NCBI GenBank assembly: GCA_009886205.1 | Contig: QXZU01000186.1 | Location: 24,043 to 88,042 of the forward strand | DNA: 64,000 nucleotides | Direction: 5' to 3' | Source: K189A clade bacterium | Lineage (GTDB): Bacteria; Pseudomonadota; Gammaproteobacteria; Pseudomonadales; Azotimanducaceae | Part shown: positions 51,213 to 61,128 of the stretch, piece after piece | Layout of the letters: every line of letters begins with the position of its first letter | Numbering within the stretch: the stretch's first letter is position 1 | Made by a program: the position numbers and the translations under genes | Notes under the pieces: model-generated | The model's input: only the letters and a program-made list of their open reading frames with translations | Database searches by the model: none | Told to the model about the DNA's origin: nothing

Positions 51213-53213
51213 ATGCAAAGACTGAGAAATACTCCAGCGTCTTTACCATTGATGCCGATGATACGGGTGAGCCTGCTTGCGCTGGCTTCACTTTGGGTGC
51301 TCACAGGGTGCCAAAAACATGAGTCCGCAAGCCCAGAGTCTATAGTTGAAGTTGAGGGCGACGTAGCAATAGTCGGTGACTGGCAAACTTTATTTCCAGA
51401 GGGCGAAACCACCTGCTCCGATGGCTCTCCCTACAAATTTTTCGTTCGCCAAGGCGCGTCCGACAAGCTTCTAATATATCTCCAAGGCGGTGGCGCCTGC
51501 TGGTTTAGGCAGACCTGCGATCCGGAAATGACACCCAGTTACACCCTTAATGTGGCAAACACCTCTTACCCCTATTTTGGCATTTTCAATTTCGCAAAAG
51601 CGGATAACCCATTTAAAGATCACACTGTAGTGTACGCGCCCTATTGCACCGGCGATGTGCATATCGGGGCCAGCGATACAATATATCCGCCTGTTGAAGA
51701 GGGACAAAAAGATTTAGTGATTCGCCACCAAGGCCGAGCCAATATGCAAGCGGTGTTAGAGTGGACTTACGCCAACGTTAAAAGCCCCAAAAACATATTT
51801 GTCACTGGCTCATCTGCCGGCGCTATACCCTCGCCCTTTTATGCTTCTCTGATAGCCGACCATTACCCAGATGCCCGAGTGGGTCAATTGGGCGATGGCG
51901 CCGGTGGCTACCGGCGCATGAATCAAGCAACTCGGCCCCACGAACAATGGGGCATGTTTAATTTCATTAAGGACGAAAAGGGCTTCGAACATCTGAATTC
52001 ACATGACATGAATTACGAGTCCTTATATATCGCTGCAGCCCAACAGCACCCAGAAATTCTTTTCGCTGAATACGATGCCGCAGAAGACGCCGTACAAAAA
52101 AGGTACCTTGCCCTAAGCGGACAGAAGAATGTTCAGCTTTTGGACTCGCTGAAAGCAAATCATCAGGACATCCGCGCAGAGGCGGATAATTTTCGCAGCT
52201 TTATAGGCGGCGGCACTTCCCACACTGTATTGCAGAAACCGGAATTCTATACGTGGGCTGCAAATGGCACAGGTATTAGGGACTGGGTGGCTCATCTTGA
52301 AAACTTTACGGATGTAGAAGATGTGTTGTGTGTTGATTGCACTCGTGAAGGCTATGTTGGCGTAACCATTGACCCTGCACTACAAGCCCTTTGGGATAGC
52401 TGGGAAGACCCAGCGACCCAATATGTAAAGCCCTTCAAGATTTTCGACAACGTTTACTATGTTGGCATCGACTGGGTTTCCGCCTATCTGATAGATACCG
52501 GCGATGGCCTAGTACTCATTGATAGCCTGTATGGAAAGTGGGTGCCGCTGTTGATGAACAACATTCGAGCAGTGGGCTTTAATCCAAGTGACATCAAGTA
52601 TGTCATTAACACCCATGGACACTTTGACCATGCTGGCGGCTCGGCCTACTTACAAAAAGTCCATGGCGCAGAAATAGTCATGACCGCAGAGGACTGGGCA
52701 ATAGCCAGAGCAGAACCGGAGCTGCCACAGTTTTACATGCCTCAACCCAATGTGGATATTGTCGCTAAAGATGGCGACACAATTACCTTAGGTGATAATA
52801 CCTTCGAACTTTTCAATACCCCGGGTCACACCACCGGTGTGTTATCTATTCGTTATACGGTGCGCGAAGGCGACAACGAATATACCGCTATGACACTGGG
52901 CGGTGTTGGTCTGAATTTCTCCGGTGTGGCGCGCACTGAGACCTACATAAAGAGCTACGAGCGCCTGCAATCTATTCAAAACGGCACTTCCGTGAGCCTG
53001 CCAAATCACCAAGAGATGGGCAAAGTGTTTGCACGTCGGGACTTAGCGGCCGCTCAGCCAAGTGGGGCGGCAAATCCATTCGTTAACCCAGATAGTTATA
53101 AACAAGATCTGAGCGCTTTCTTAACTGCGGCAAAGGTTAAGTTGGCACAGGAAAAAGCCGGCACCGCGCCAACAGAACTCGAAGCTTTGAAAAATGCCAT
53201 AACGGACTCTTAG
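51213..53213 (+). CDS. Lipoprotein fusion: pectin-acetylesterase/Notum-like esterase plus subclass B3 metallo-beta-lactamase-fold domain
   Basis: Lipobox VLTGC; esterase motifs CSDGS, GGGACW, PYCTGDVH, GSSAG, ED and SHT; MBL motifs PFKIFDNVYYVG, THGHFDHAGG, PGHT, PNH and NPFV. Confidence 0.85.
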   Translation: MQRLRNTPASLPLMPMIRVSLLALASLWVLTGCQKHESASPESIVEVEGDVAIVGDWQTLFPEGETTCSDGSPYKFFVRQGASDKLLIYLQGGGACWFRQTCDPEMTPSYTLNVANTSYPYFGIFNFAKADNPFKDHTVVYAPYCTGDVHIGASDTIYPPVEEGQKDLVIRHQGRANMQAVLEWTYANVKSPKNIFVTGSSAGAIPSPFYASLIADHYPDARVGQLGDGAGGYRRMNQATRPHEQWGMFNFIKDEKGFEHLNSHDMNYESLYIAAAQQHPEILFAEYDAAEDAVQKRYLALSGQKNVQLLDSLKANHQDIRAEADNFRSFIGGGTSHTVLQKPEFYTWAANGTGIRDWVAHLENFTDVEDVLCVDCTREGYVGVTIDPALQALWDSWEDPATQYVKPFKIFDNVYYVGIDWVSAYLIDTGDGLVLIDSLYGKWVPLLMNNIRAVGFNPSDIKYVINTHGHFDHAGGSAYLQKVHGAEIVMTAEDWAIARAEPELPQFYMPQPNVDIVAKDGDTITLGDNTFELFNTPGHTTGVLSIRYTVREGDNEYTAMTLGGVGLNFSGVARTETYIKSYERLQSIQNGTSVSLPNHQEMGKVFARRDLAAAQPSGAANPFVNPDSYKQDLSAFLTAAKVKLAQEKAGTAPTELEALKNAITDS

Positions 53214-53265
53214 GGAATTACACTGAACGCTATATGGAACAACGACTCAGCAGCGGAACATACAC

Positions 53266-53838
53266 ATGAAGCTTAGGTATTTTGCCTTAATCACTTGGCT
53301 TGTCCTGTTCAGTGGCAACACTATTATTGCTTCAACTATTGCAGCAACGAACGATGTTGCAGAAAAATATGCAGGTGACTGGGTCGTTAATGTAGAAGAA
53401 ACAGATTTGTTACGCGAAGAACTTGATGAAAAGCCGACTGTTCTCGGCGGGCCGGGCAAGGTCAGCATCTCCGTTTTGGGCCTGCCCATTCCCACCGGGC
53501 GCTCTAAAGTTGGCCCGCAGTCACCCTTAAGTGCAGCAGATCCTGCACTTTTACGCTCGCGCACAATGTCCATATCTGTTGCTGCAAACAAGATTAGTAT
53601 TCAATACCCAGAAGTCGGTGGTAAAGACGCAAAAGAGGTTCTGCGTAAAGGCCACTATCGCGGACGAGACAGTAAATGGTCGCAAAAAAAGATTGAGCAA
53701 AAATATAAGACCACTGAACGCAAAGTGACTAAAACTTGGTCCATACGTGGCGATGGCAGACTATTAGCCGTGGTGACGATTAAAAATCCAGGCTCAAAAA
53801 AGCGTACTTTCAGCCGCGTGTTTGATAGATCCCAATAG
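53266..53838 (+). CDS. Secreted hypothetical protein
   Basis: Signal-peptide-like N-terminus, AGDWVVN.. lipocalin-like start and a basic beta-rich C-terminal half. Confidence 0.7.
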   Translation: MKLRYFALITWLVLFSGNTIIASTIAATNDVAEKYAGDWVVNVEETDLLREELDEKPTVLGGPGKVSISVLGLPIPTGRSKVGPQSPLSAADPALLRSRTMSISVAANKISIQYPEVGGKDAKEVLRKGHYRGRDSKWSQKKIEQKYKTTERKVTKTWSIRGDGRLLAVVTIKNPGSKKRTFSRVFDRSQ

Positions 53839-54024
53839 TCAGCCAACTGTCTTTATTGGCGCAGCGAGAAGTCGCTGCTCGCGAATATCCTATTCGAGAT
53901 CCAGCGACGGTGGAACATAAGCGCTGCGGCATTTAGCCATACGCTTGGGCAGATATTACGCAAAATACCCCTGAAGGCATTGAACTTGGGCGGCGAGGCT
54001 TTTAAGGTCACTCTCCCGTTCAAT

Positions 54025-54438
54025 ATGCATCAATTGATCATGGCTTTTAAATTGCCCCCTGAAATTTGCGAGTTCCGATTTATTCTGGGATCAGGCCCAG
54101 GAGGTCAGCATGTCAATAAAACAGCCAGCACTGTAGAACTTAGGGTTACTGTCAGTAAGCTGCAACTACCACCGGCACCTTTAGCACGACTTAAAGAACA
54201 GCAGGCCAAGCGCATTAATAAACTTGGAGAGCTGGTTATTCAATCTGGCAATCACCGATCTCAACTGATGAACCGCCAGGAAGCTGTATCGAGAGTAGAA
54301 AAATTCATAGACGAGGCATTGATCCGGCCCAAGTCACGGGTAGCAACGCGGCCGACACTCGCTTCAAAGAGACGGCGGCTAGAAGGCAAGAAAGTACGCG
54401 GCAGCGTGAAAAGCCAGCGGAAGAAGCCTAGTTGGTAA
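54025..54438 (+). CDS. arfB: Alternative ribosome rescue peptidyl-tRNA hydrolase ArfB
   Basis: GSGPGGQHVNKTAS, HRSQLMNR and basic tail RVATRPTLASKRRRLEGKK. Start 54025 or 54040. Confidence 0.93.
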   Translation: MHQLIMAFKLPPEICEFRFILGSGPGGQHVNKTASTVELRVTVSKLQLPPAPLARLKEQQAKRINKLGELVIQSGNHRSQLMNRQEAVSRVEKFIDEALIRPKSRVATRPTLASKRRRLEGKKVRGSVKSQRKKPSW

Positions 54439-54576
54439 GCTTGGCGGGCAGGTTAGATAGATTGGATGGAATAGATGAGTAGTTAGGCAGTGGGCGTAAT
54501 AGCCAACAAGAACCGTTAGAAAAAGGTGAGTCCCAAATTGAACCCACCCAATAGGGTGTTAAATTGAATGCGTTGT

Positions 54577-55251
54577 CTAAAGGGCTGCTTTTTCCTTCGC
54601 AACCAAAAAGTCTACAACCTTCAGCATATCTTCATTAGAGCCAGCCATACGCCCATCTACTCGATACTTACCATTCACAACCATAGTTGGCACACCCGTA
54701 ATACCGTAAGCGCTGCCTTTGGCTCGAGCCTGCTGCACTCTACTTTTCACCGAAAAAGCAGAATATGCTTTGCTGAAATCCAGTGCGCTTACATTCGCAT
54801 GCTCAGCAAAGAGCTCCGCTAGCAGCCGCTCATCGCGAATATCTAGCCGATCTATGTGAATGGCTTCAAACAGAGGTTCGTGCATCTGATCGCCAACACC
54901 CAGCGTTTCTGCGGTGTAAAAGGCTTGGGCCATAAGGCTCCAATCCGATGAAAATACCGCCGGGACGCGTTTGAACTCTACACCGGCTGGCTTAGTTTGC
55001 TCCCAACGGCCCAGCATTGGATCAAAGCTATAGCAGTGGATACACAGATAACCGAACACCTCGACCACTTCCACTTGGTCTGTTAACCCGGTGCTCACTG
55101 GCACGCTGATGGCTTCATAGTGAACGCCTTCAACATACGCTTCGCCAGCAATAGTCGCTGGCAGAAAAAACGCTGCCAACAACAACAGACCGGCCTGCAT
55201 AGCACCCATAATTGTCTTCGTTTGCATCTGGAATAAATTACTTATCTGCAT
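54577..55251 (-). CDS. dsbA: Thiol:disulfide interchange protein DsbA
   Basis: EVFGYLCIHCY (CxxC), FKRVPAVF and GVPTMVVNGKY (cis-Pro); next to cytochrome c4. Confidence 0.92.
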   Translation of the reverse strand: MQISNLFQMQTKTIMGAMQAGLLLLAAFFLPATIAGEAYVEGVHYEAISVPVSTGLTDQVEVVEVFGYLCIHCYSFDPMLGRWEQTKPAGVEFKRVPAVFSSDWSLMAQAFYTAETLGVGDQMHEPLFEAIHIDRLDIRDERLLAELFAEHANVSALDFSKAYSAFSVKSRVQQARAKGSAYGITGVPTMVVNGKYRVDGRMAGSNEDMLKVVDFLVAKEKAAL

Positions 55252-55293
55252 ATCTGAACCCCGAAATAGTTAACTAAGGGCCTAAGTAGGCGC

Positions 55294-55929
55294 TTAGTGT
55301 AGGCCGCTAATGTAATCAGCGAGAATAGCAATTTGGCCATCGCTCAAACCTGAAGCAACACCGCGCATCATATTGCCGTATGCGTCACCAGTGCCTCTTC
55401 TGCCTTCTCGATAATCGGTCAATTGCGCAATGGTATAACCCACAGACTGGCCGCTGATAGCTGGGAAACCAGCCTGAGCATTGCCCGCACCGTTTGGTCC
55501 GTGGCACGCCGCACATGCCGCTACACCCTTGGCAATAACGCCGCCTTTGTAGATACCTTCAGCTGCTTTGATGTCTTCATCACTGCCCGTAGCTTCAAAA
55601 TGCTTCGCTGGCAATGACGCGTAGTACGCCCCAAGGTCAGCCAAATCCTGCTCAGACTTACCAATAAGCTGCGCACTCATAAGAGCAACATTACGCTCCC
55701 CTGACTGGAACATCTGCAATTGGCGAGTGAGGTAAACCTCATTTTGTCCGGCCAAATTTGGATAAGTTGGGTCAATGGCTGTTGCGCCGTCTTGTCCGTG
55801 ACACGCGGCACAAGTAACAGCTTGTGCTTGGCCTGCAGCTACATCACCAGCGGCGATAGCTGCGCTGCTGAAAAAGCTTAAAAGAATAGAAATCGTTGTT
55901 ATTTTTGCAATGCTTGTGCGAACACTCAT
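55294..55929 (-). CDS. Cytochrome c4
   Basis: Signal peptide and two CAACH motifs, YPNLAGQ, FPAISGQ; divergent from yihA as is typical. Confidence 0.92.
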   Translation of the reverse strand: MSVRTSIAKITTISILLSFFSSAAIAAGDVAAGQAQAVTCAACHGQDGATAIDPTYPNLAGQNEVYLTRQLQMFQSGERNVALMSAQLIGKSEQDLADLGAYYASLPAKHFEATGSDEDIKAAEGIYKGGVIAKGVAACAACHGPNGAGNAQAGFPAISGQSVGYTIAQLTDYREGRRGTGDAYGNMMRGVASGLSDGQIAILADYISGLH

Positions 55930-56189
55930 GTATTCAAATTCCGTAGTTTACTTAGCGGTACAACCTTTGATGCGGCTAATTCGTGTCATAAACGCGATGT
56001 TCATTAACGCGCCGGCTAAAGGCAGAAATTTAATCTCCAAAGCTTTCACAATTGTTAAGTTCAATTCCAAACGTCCACGCAGTTTAAGGATGTTACACTG
56101 GCGAATGACCGCCAATAGTTGCAACCGACCCTCTTGCGCTGCCGGTCAAAATCAAAACCAAGCTCAGAGACCGCGGATTATATATCAAG

Positions 56190-56894
56190 ATGACAAAAAA
56201 AGAGTCACTACCTGAACGACTTGAAGCCACCTTTCTTACCAGTGCGCCGGATTTAAAGCGATGTCCCCCTGGTTTTGGCGCCGAAGTGGCCTTTGCCGGA
56301 CGATCCAATGCAGGTAAATCTTCTGTTTTGAACCAAATCTCTGGCAATAAAAGGACTGCAAAGGTCAGTAAAACCCCTGGGCGTACCCAATTATTGAACT
56401 TTTTTGACATCAGAACCGGTGGCCGGATTGTCGATTTGCCCGGATATGGCTATGCAAAGGCGGGCAAGGCAGCGCAGAGAACTTGGCAAAAGTCGGTCAA
56501 TCACTACTTGTCCTATCGCAACCACTTAGCCGGCATCATCTTAGTGATGGATATTCGCCATCCAAACCAAGCTTTTGATCTGGAAATGCTGGAATGGAGC
56601 ACAAAAAGCGACATTCCAATTCATATACTTCTCAACAAAGCGGACAAACTGAGCGGCGGCGCGCAAAAACAAATTCTGCAAAAAATTCGCAGCAGTTATA
56701 GCGATTATCCTTATGCCACCGTGCAGTGTTTCTCCGCCATGCGTGGCTTGGGCAAGGAGGAGCTGATTACGAAGCTGCTGGAACTACTGGCCACGCCAAT
56801 AGAGGGCGACGAAATAGGCGCGCTAGACGAATTAGACGAGAACCAAGAGCATCGAATAGAGGATTTGCCTAACGAAACCCAGGAAGAAATTTAG
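56190..56894 (+). CDS. yihA: Ribosome biogenesis GTP-binding protein YihA/EngB
   Basis: GRSNAGKSS, SKTPGRT, DLPGYG and NKADK motifs. Confidence 0.96.
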   Translation: MTKKESLPERLEATFLTSAPDLKRCPPGFGAEVAFAGRSNAGKSSVLNQISGNKRTAKVSKTPGRTQLLNFFDIRTGGRIVDLPGYGYAKAGKAAQRTWQKSVNHYLSYRNHLAGIILVMDIRHPNQAFDLEMLEWSTKSDIPIHILLNKADKLSGGAQKQILQKIRSSYSDYPYATVQCFSAMRGLGKEELITKLLELLATPIEGDEIGALDELDENQEHRIEDLPNETQEEI

Positions 56895-56902
56895 CGCACA
56901 AG

Positions 56903-59659
56903 CTAGTGCGCTTCATCCCAGTTCATACCTACGCCGGTTGCTACAGTTAGAGGAACCGATAGCTCAACCGCCCCGCACATGCGCTGCACTACTTCGTCGG
57001 TGAGTGCCTGCAAATCCTCTTCACTGACTTCAAAAACCAATTCATCGTGCACCTGCAAAATCATGCGCGCATCTAAATCTGCGCCGGCCAACCAGCCTTG
57101 TACAGAGCTCATTGCTAACTTAATGATGTCCGCTGCGGTGCCTTGCATAGGTGCATTAATCGCGGTGCGTTCCGCTGCTTGGCGGCGCGGCACTGCTTTT
57201 GCGTTTATTTCTGGCAGGTACAACCTGCGACCAAAAACTGTTTCAACATAGCCCTGCTCCGCGGCAAGCGCTTTAGTTTCTTCCATGTAGTGCAACACGC
57301 CGGGGTAGCGGGAGAAATATCGGTCAATATAGTCTTGGGCTAAGGTTCTGGAGATACTCAATTGCTTACCTAAACCAAATGCAGACATGCCATAAATCAG
57401 ACCAAAGTTGATGGCCTTGGCGCTGCGCCGCTGATCATCAGACACCGCTTCTGGTGCGACATCAAATACTTCACTGGCGGTTGCTCTATGAATATCTTGG
57501 TCCTCAGCAAATGCCGTAGTCAGACCTTTGTCACCAGACAAATGCGCCATTATCCGCAGCTCAATTTGCGAGTAGTCTGCGGCCATAATTTTGTATCCCG
57601 CTGGGGGCACAAATGCCTGTCGCACGCGCCGCCCCTCTGCATTACGAATAGGAATGTTCTGCAGGTTAGGATCTGAAGAGGACAAACGACCTGTTGCCGT
57701 TACTGCTTGGTGATAGGAGGTGTGAATACGCCCCGTCTGCGCGTTAATGTCTAAGGGCAACTTATCAGTATAGGTAGATTTGAGTTTTGCCAAACCGCGA
57801 TAATTGAGTAAGGTTGCGGGCAACTCATAATCTCGAGCCAAATCTACCAACACGGCCTCAGCCGTAGACGGCTTGCCCCCTGGGGTTTTCTTTAAAATCG
57901 GCAGGCCTAACTTTTCATAGAAAATTGTCTGCAACTGCTTTGGGCTGTCTAGGTTAAAAGTTTCACCCGCTTGCTCCCAAGCTTGCTCAACCAATTCTTT
58001 CAGACGGTCGGCCAACTCAGCGCCATGCTGCTTAAGCATACGTCCATCTACCAGCGCCCCCTGACGCTCTACTTGAGAGAGTATCGGCACCAACGGCATA
58101 TCAATATTGGTGAAGACATGTAGCAGAGTAGGCTCTGCTTGAATTTGCGGATATAGGCATTCATGTAGTTGCAGCGTGATGTCTGCATCTTCAGCAGCAT
58201 ATTCACCAGCGGTTTCTAGAGGTACTTCGTTAAAGGTCAATTGCTTAGCGCCCTTGCCAGCAACATCTTCGAAATGAATGGTTTTTCTATCTAGATAAAA
58301 TTCTGCTAACGCATCCATATTGTGGCGCGTTGCTACACTGTTCAAAACATAGGATTCAAGCATGGTGTCATAAAGTGGTCCGGCGAAGCTGACACCGTAA
58401 CGGGCTAATACGCTCATATCGTATTTGATATTTTGGCCGATCTTGCCAATGTTAGGGTTCTGTAACAGTGGCGTTAATGCGGCTAATGCCTGATCGAGAG
58501 AAAGCTGGTCAGGCGCGCCCGGATAATCATGGGCCACTGGCAAATAGGCTGCTCTTCCAGCCTTGGCGGAAAATGAGAAGCCAACCAGTTCCGCCAGCAT
58601 ATAATTCACGCTGGTGGTTTCTGTATCAAAGGCAAAGGTTTCAGCGGCTGACAGTTCCTCAATCCAAGAATTAAGTGCTTCAACGGTGGTGATGACTTCA
58701 TAGTCTCGGGGATATTCAACCGCCGGTACAGTGGCGGCGGCGGGTTCGGCTTTTGACGTCTTTGTAGCCTTGCTGTCACCGCGCTCTAATTCATCTGACC
58801 AAGCTTTGAACTCAAATTCCTTGAAGTGCTTTTGCAGCGTATCCACATCAGGAGGGGTAGCCTGCAACTGCTCAATGGACAGCTCTAACTCTACATCGCA
58901 CTTAATTGTGGTGAGCGCTTTGGATAAAGGCAACTGCTCTAAGCTGGCCCGTAAATTTTCACCAATCTTGCCTTTGATCTCATCGGCTTTGGCAATGACT
59001 TCATCTAACGTGCCATATTCGTTTAGCCATTTGGTAGCTGTTTTGGGGCCAACTTTCGGCACGCCAGGAATGTTGTCCGCGGTGTCCCCCATTAACGCTA
59101 AGTAATCAATGATCTGTTCGGGCGTGACGCCAAATTTGTCGATCACACCCTGACGGTCCATGGTGGTTTCGGTCATGGTATTTACAAGGGTTACGTGATC
59201 ACTCACCAATTGCGCCATGTCTTTGTCACCTGTGGAGATCACTGTGGCGCGCTTGGCCGCGCTGGCTTGAGTGGCATAAGTGCCAATAACATCATCTGCC
59301 TCTACACCCTCTACACAAATCAACGGCAATCCCATAGCTTTTATCAGCTCATGAATGGGCGCAATTTGCTCACGTAAATCGTCAGGCATGGACGCTCGAT
59401 TAGCCTTGTATTGTGCATACAAGTCATCGCGAAATGTTTTGCCCGGCGCGTCAAAAACCACCGCGACTAAACTGCCGGGGTAATCACGGTCCAACTTACG
59501 GATCATGCTAATAACACCACGAATAGCACCTGTAGGGTGGCCACTAGAATTACTCAAGTCGGGGAGGGCGTAATAGGCTCTAAATAAATAGGAAGAACCA
59601 TCAACTAGCACTAATGGTGCTTGGTGTTCGTTGGGAATAGACGGTAGATTATCCGACAC
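56903..59659 (-). CDS. polA: DNA polymerase I
   Basis: 5'-3' exonuclease (LVDGSSYLFRAY), 3'-5' exonuclease (FDTET) and polymerase motifs (DYSQIELR, AKAINFGLIYG, QVHDEL). Confidence 0.98.
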   Translation of the reverse strand: MSDNLPSIPNEHQAPLVLVDGSSYLFRAYYALPDLSNSSGHPTGAIRGVISMIRKLDRDYPGSLVAVVFDAPGKTFRDDLYAQYKANRASMPDDLREQIAPIHELIKAMGLPLICVEGVEADDVIGTYATQASAAKRATVISTGDKDMAQLVSDHVTLVNTMTETTMDRQGVIDKFGVTPEQIIDYLALMGDTADNIPGVPKVGPKTATKWLNEYGTLDEVIAKADEIKGKIGENLRASLEQLPLSKALTTIKCDVELELSIEQLQATPPDVDTLQKHFKEFEFKAWSDELERGDSKATKTSKAEPAAATVPAVEYPRDYEVITTVEALNSWIEELSAAETFAFDTETTSVNYMLAELVGFSFSAKAGRAAYLPVAHDYPGAPDQLSLDQALAALTPLLQNPNIGKIGQNIKYDMSVLARYGVSFAGPLYDTMLESYVLNSVATRHNMDALAEFYLDRKTIHFEDVAGKGAKQLTFNEVPLETAGEYAAEDADITLQLHECLYPQIQAEPTLLHVFTNIDMPLVPILSQVERQGALVDGRMLKQHGAELADRLKELVEQAWEQAGETFNLDSPKQLQTIFYEKLGLPILKKTPGGKPSTAEAVLVDLARDYELPATLLNYRGLAKLKSTYTDKLPLDINAQTGRIHTSYHQAVTATGRLSSSDPNLQNIPIRNAEGRRVRQAFVPPAGYKIMAADYSQIELRIMAHLSGDKGLTTAFAEDQDIHRATASEVFDVAPEAVSDDQRRSAKAINFGLIYGMSAFGLGKQLSISRTLAQDYIDRYFSRYPGVLHYMEETKALAAEQGYVETVFGRRLYLPEINAKAVPRRQAAERTAINAPMQGTAADIIKLAMSSVQGWLAGADLDARMILQVHDELVFEVSEEDLQALTDEVVQRMCGAVELSVPLTVATGVGMNWDEAH

Positions 59660-59862
59660 TGATTACGTTCCTATAATTTGTAGAGAATTAGACAATGAGC
59701 AGATGCACTTTACCTGTGCTTGGGCAAAAAAGAACAGGCTATTTCTTCACCCAAATACCAGCCCTGAATGTTGACGCAATTTCAGCCAAATGGCCCCAGC
59801 GCCCCCTGTTCAATAAGAGCACTCTAGCTCGGTCGGTTGGCCGATATTTTGGGCTGGCCGGC

Positions 59863-60120
59863 ATGATCTTTGCCAGCTTATTTTTGCTCTCGAATGCAGC
59901 CAGTGCGCAGACCAATAGAGGCCCAGATGTGGTTATTGTGGCGGAAGAAAATCGCATTGTTTACGAGTTTAGACAAAACGGTCAACTCAGATATATCCGT
60001 GTGGTGCCCAAACGAGGCAAGCCCTACTATCTTGTGCCAACAGACGCGACCAAGGGCAATGGTGACTTGGAGCGGGTAGATAGTTTGGTCACCAGTTGGG
60101 TGCTATGGGAATTTGATTAG
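59863..60120 (+). CDS. DUF2782 family exported protein
   Basis: GPDVVI, EFRQNGQLRYIRVVPKRGKPYYL and SWVLWEF motifs; divergent from polA. Start uncertain. Confidence 0.8.
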   Translation: MIFASLFLLSNAASAQTNRGPDVVIVAEENRIVYEFRQNGQLRYIRVVPKRGKPYYLVPTDATKGNGDLERVDSLVTSWVLWEFD

Positions 60121-60150
60121 TACCAGCGATTAGCCCAGGTGGACTGGGCT

Positions 60151-61128
60151 TCAACACGCTCGCAATAAGAAAAGAGAAAACCACTGGTTGCTGTCCTGCC
60201 AACTTTTCAGGCATTCAAACTGAGCAGATTGCGCAAGGGCAATGAATTCTTCCTTAGCATATTTATAGGAATTCTCAGTGTGCAAAAGTTCGCCCTCGGC
60301 AAAAGAAATTACCTTACCGACTAGGTTAACCTGCTGGGCCACCGTGCTCTTTAAGAACATTTGAATACAACCTTGGTCCGCGTTGTAGCGGGAGAAATGC
60401 TCAAAATGGTCCAAATCAAAGTCGGCACCAAGTTTTTCATTCAGGTGCACAAGGGTATTCAGATTGAACTGAGCGGTTACGCCCGCAGCGTCATCATAGG
60501 CCGCCTCCAAAATGCTGATGTCTTTTTTCGCATCCACACCCACCAAAAAGTACCCACCTTGCCCTAGTGTCACATGCACTCTTCGAAGAAAATCTACTGC
60601 TTGAGCCGGCTCAAAATTGCCAATACTCGAACCCGGATAAAAGCCAAGGGGCCGCAATTCATTTACCTGGACGGGTAAGTCAAAACTTTGGGTAATGTCA
60701 GCGCACACTGGAAAAATTTTCAGCGCTGGGAAGTCGTCCAATAAGGCCTGGGCATTGCTGAGCAAGTAGTCCCCGGATATATCCACCGGCACGTAGGCTT
60801 CTGGCTTTAGTACGTCGAGCAAGCGCCGGATCTTTTTGGTCGAGCCGCTACCGTACTCAATGACGCAGATATTCTCTTCTAGAGCGGCGGCTATTTCTTC
60901 CATATGCGCTTCAAACAACGCCATTTCGGTGCGAGTTACATAATATTCAGGAAGCTCAGTAATGGCATCAAACAACTCTGAGCCGCGCTCGTCATAAAAG
61001 AACTTCGGCGATATTGCCTTCGCTTCTAGGCTCAAACCTCGGTGGACTTCGTCCACAATCACACCTACCTCTGGCTTTAGGTCCAAAAACGCAAATTGCT
61101 CATTGGATAAAGAAGAACTGGTTGTCAT
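60151..61128 (-). CDS. egtD: L-histidine N-alpha-methyltransferase
   Basis: SPKFFYDERGSELFDAITELPEYY, IEYGSGS, PGSSIGNF, YDDAAGVTAQFNLN and TENSYKY. ATG 61128 overlaps the egtB TGA. Confidence 0.95.
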   Translation of the reverse strand: MTTSSSLSNEQFAFLDLKPEVGVIVDEVHRGLSLEAKAISPKFFYDERGSELFDAITELPEYYVTRTEMALFEAHMEEIAAALEENICVIEYGSGSTKKIRRLLDVLKPEAYVPVDISGDYLLSNAQALLDDFPALKIFPVCADITQSFDLPVQVNELRPLGFYPGSSIGNFEPAQAVDFLRRVHVTLGQGGYFLVGVDAKKDISILEAAYDDAAGVTAQFNLNTLVHLNEKLGADFDLDHFEHFSRYNADQGCIQMFLKSTVAQQVNLVGKVISFAEGELLHTENSYKYAKEEFIALAQSAQFECLKSWQDSNQWFSLFLLRAC

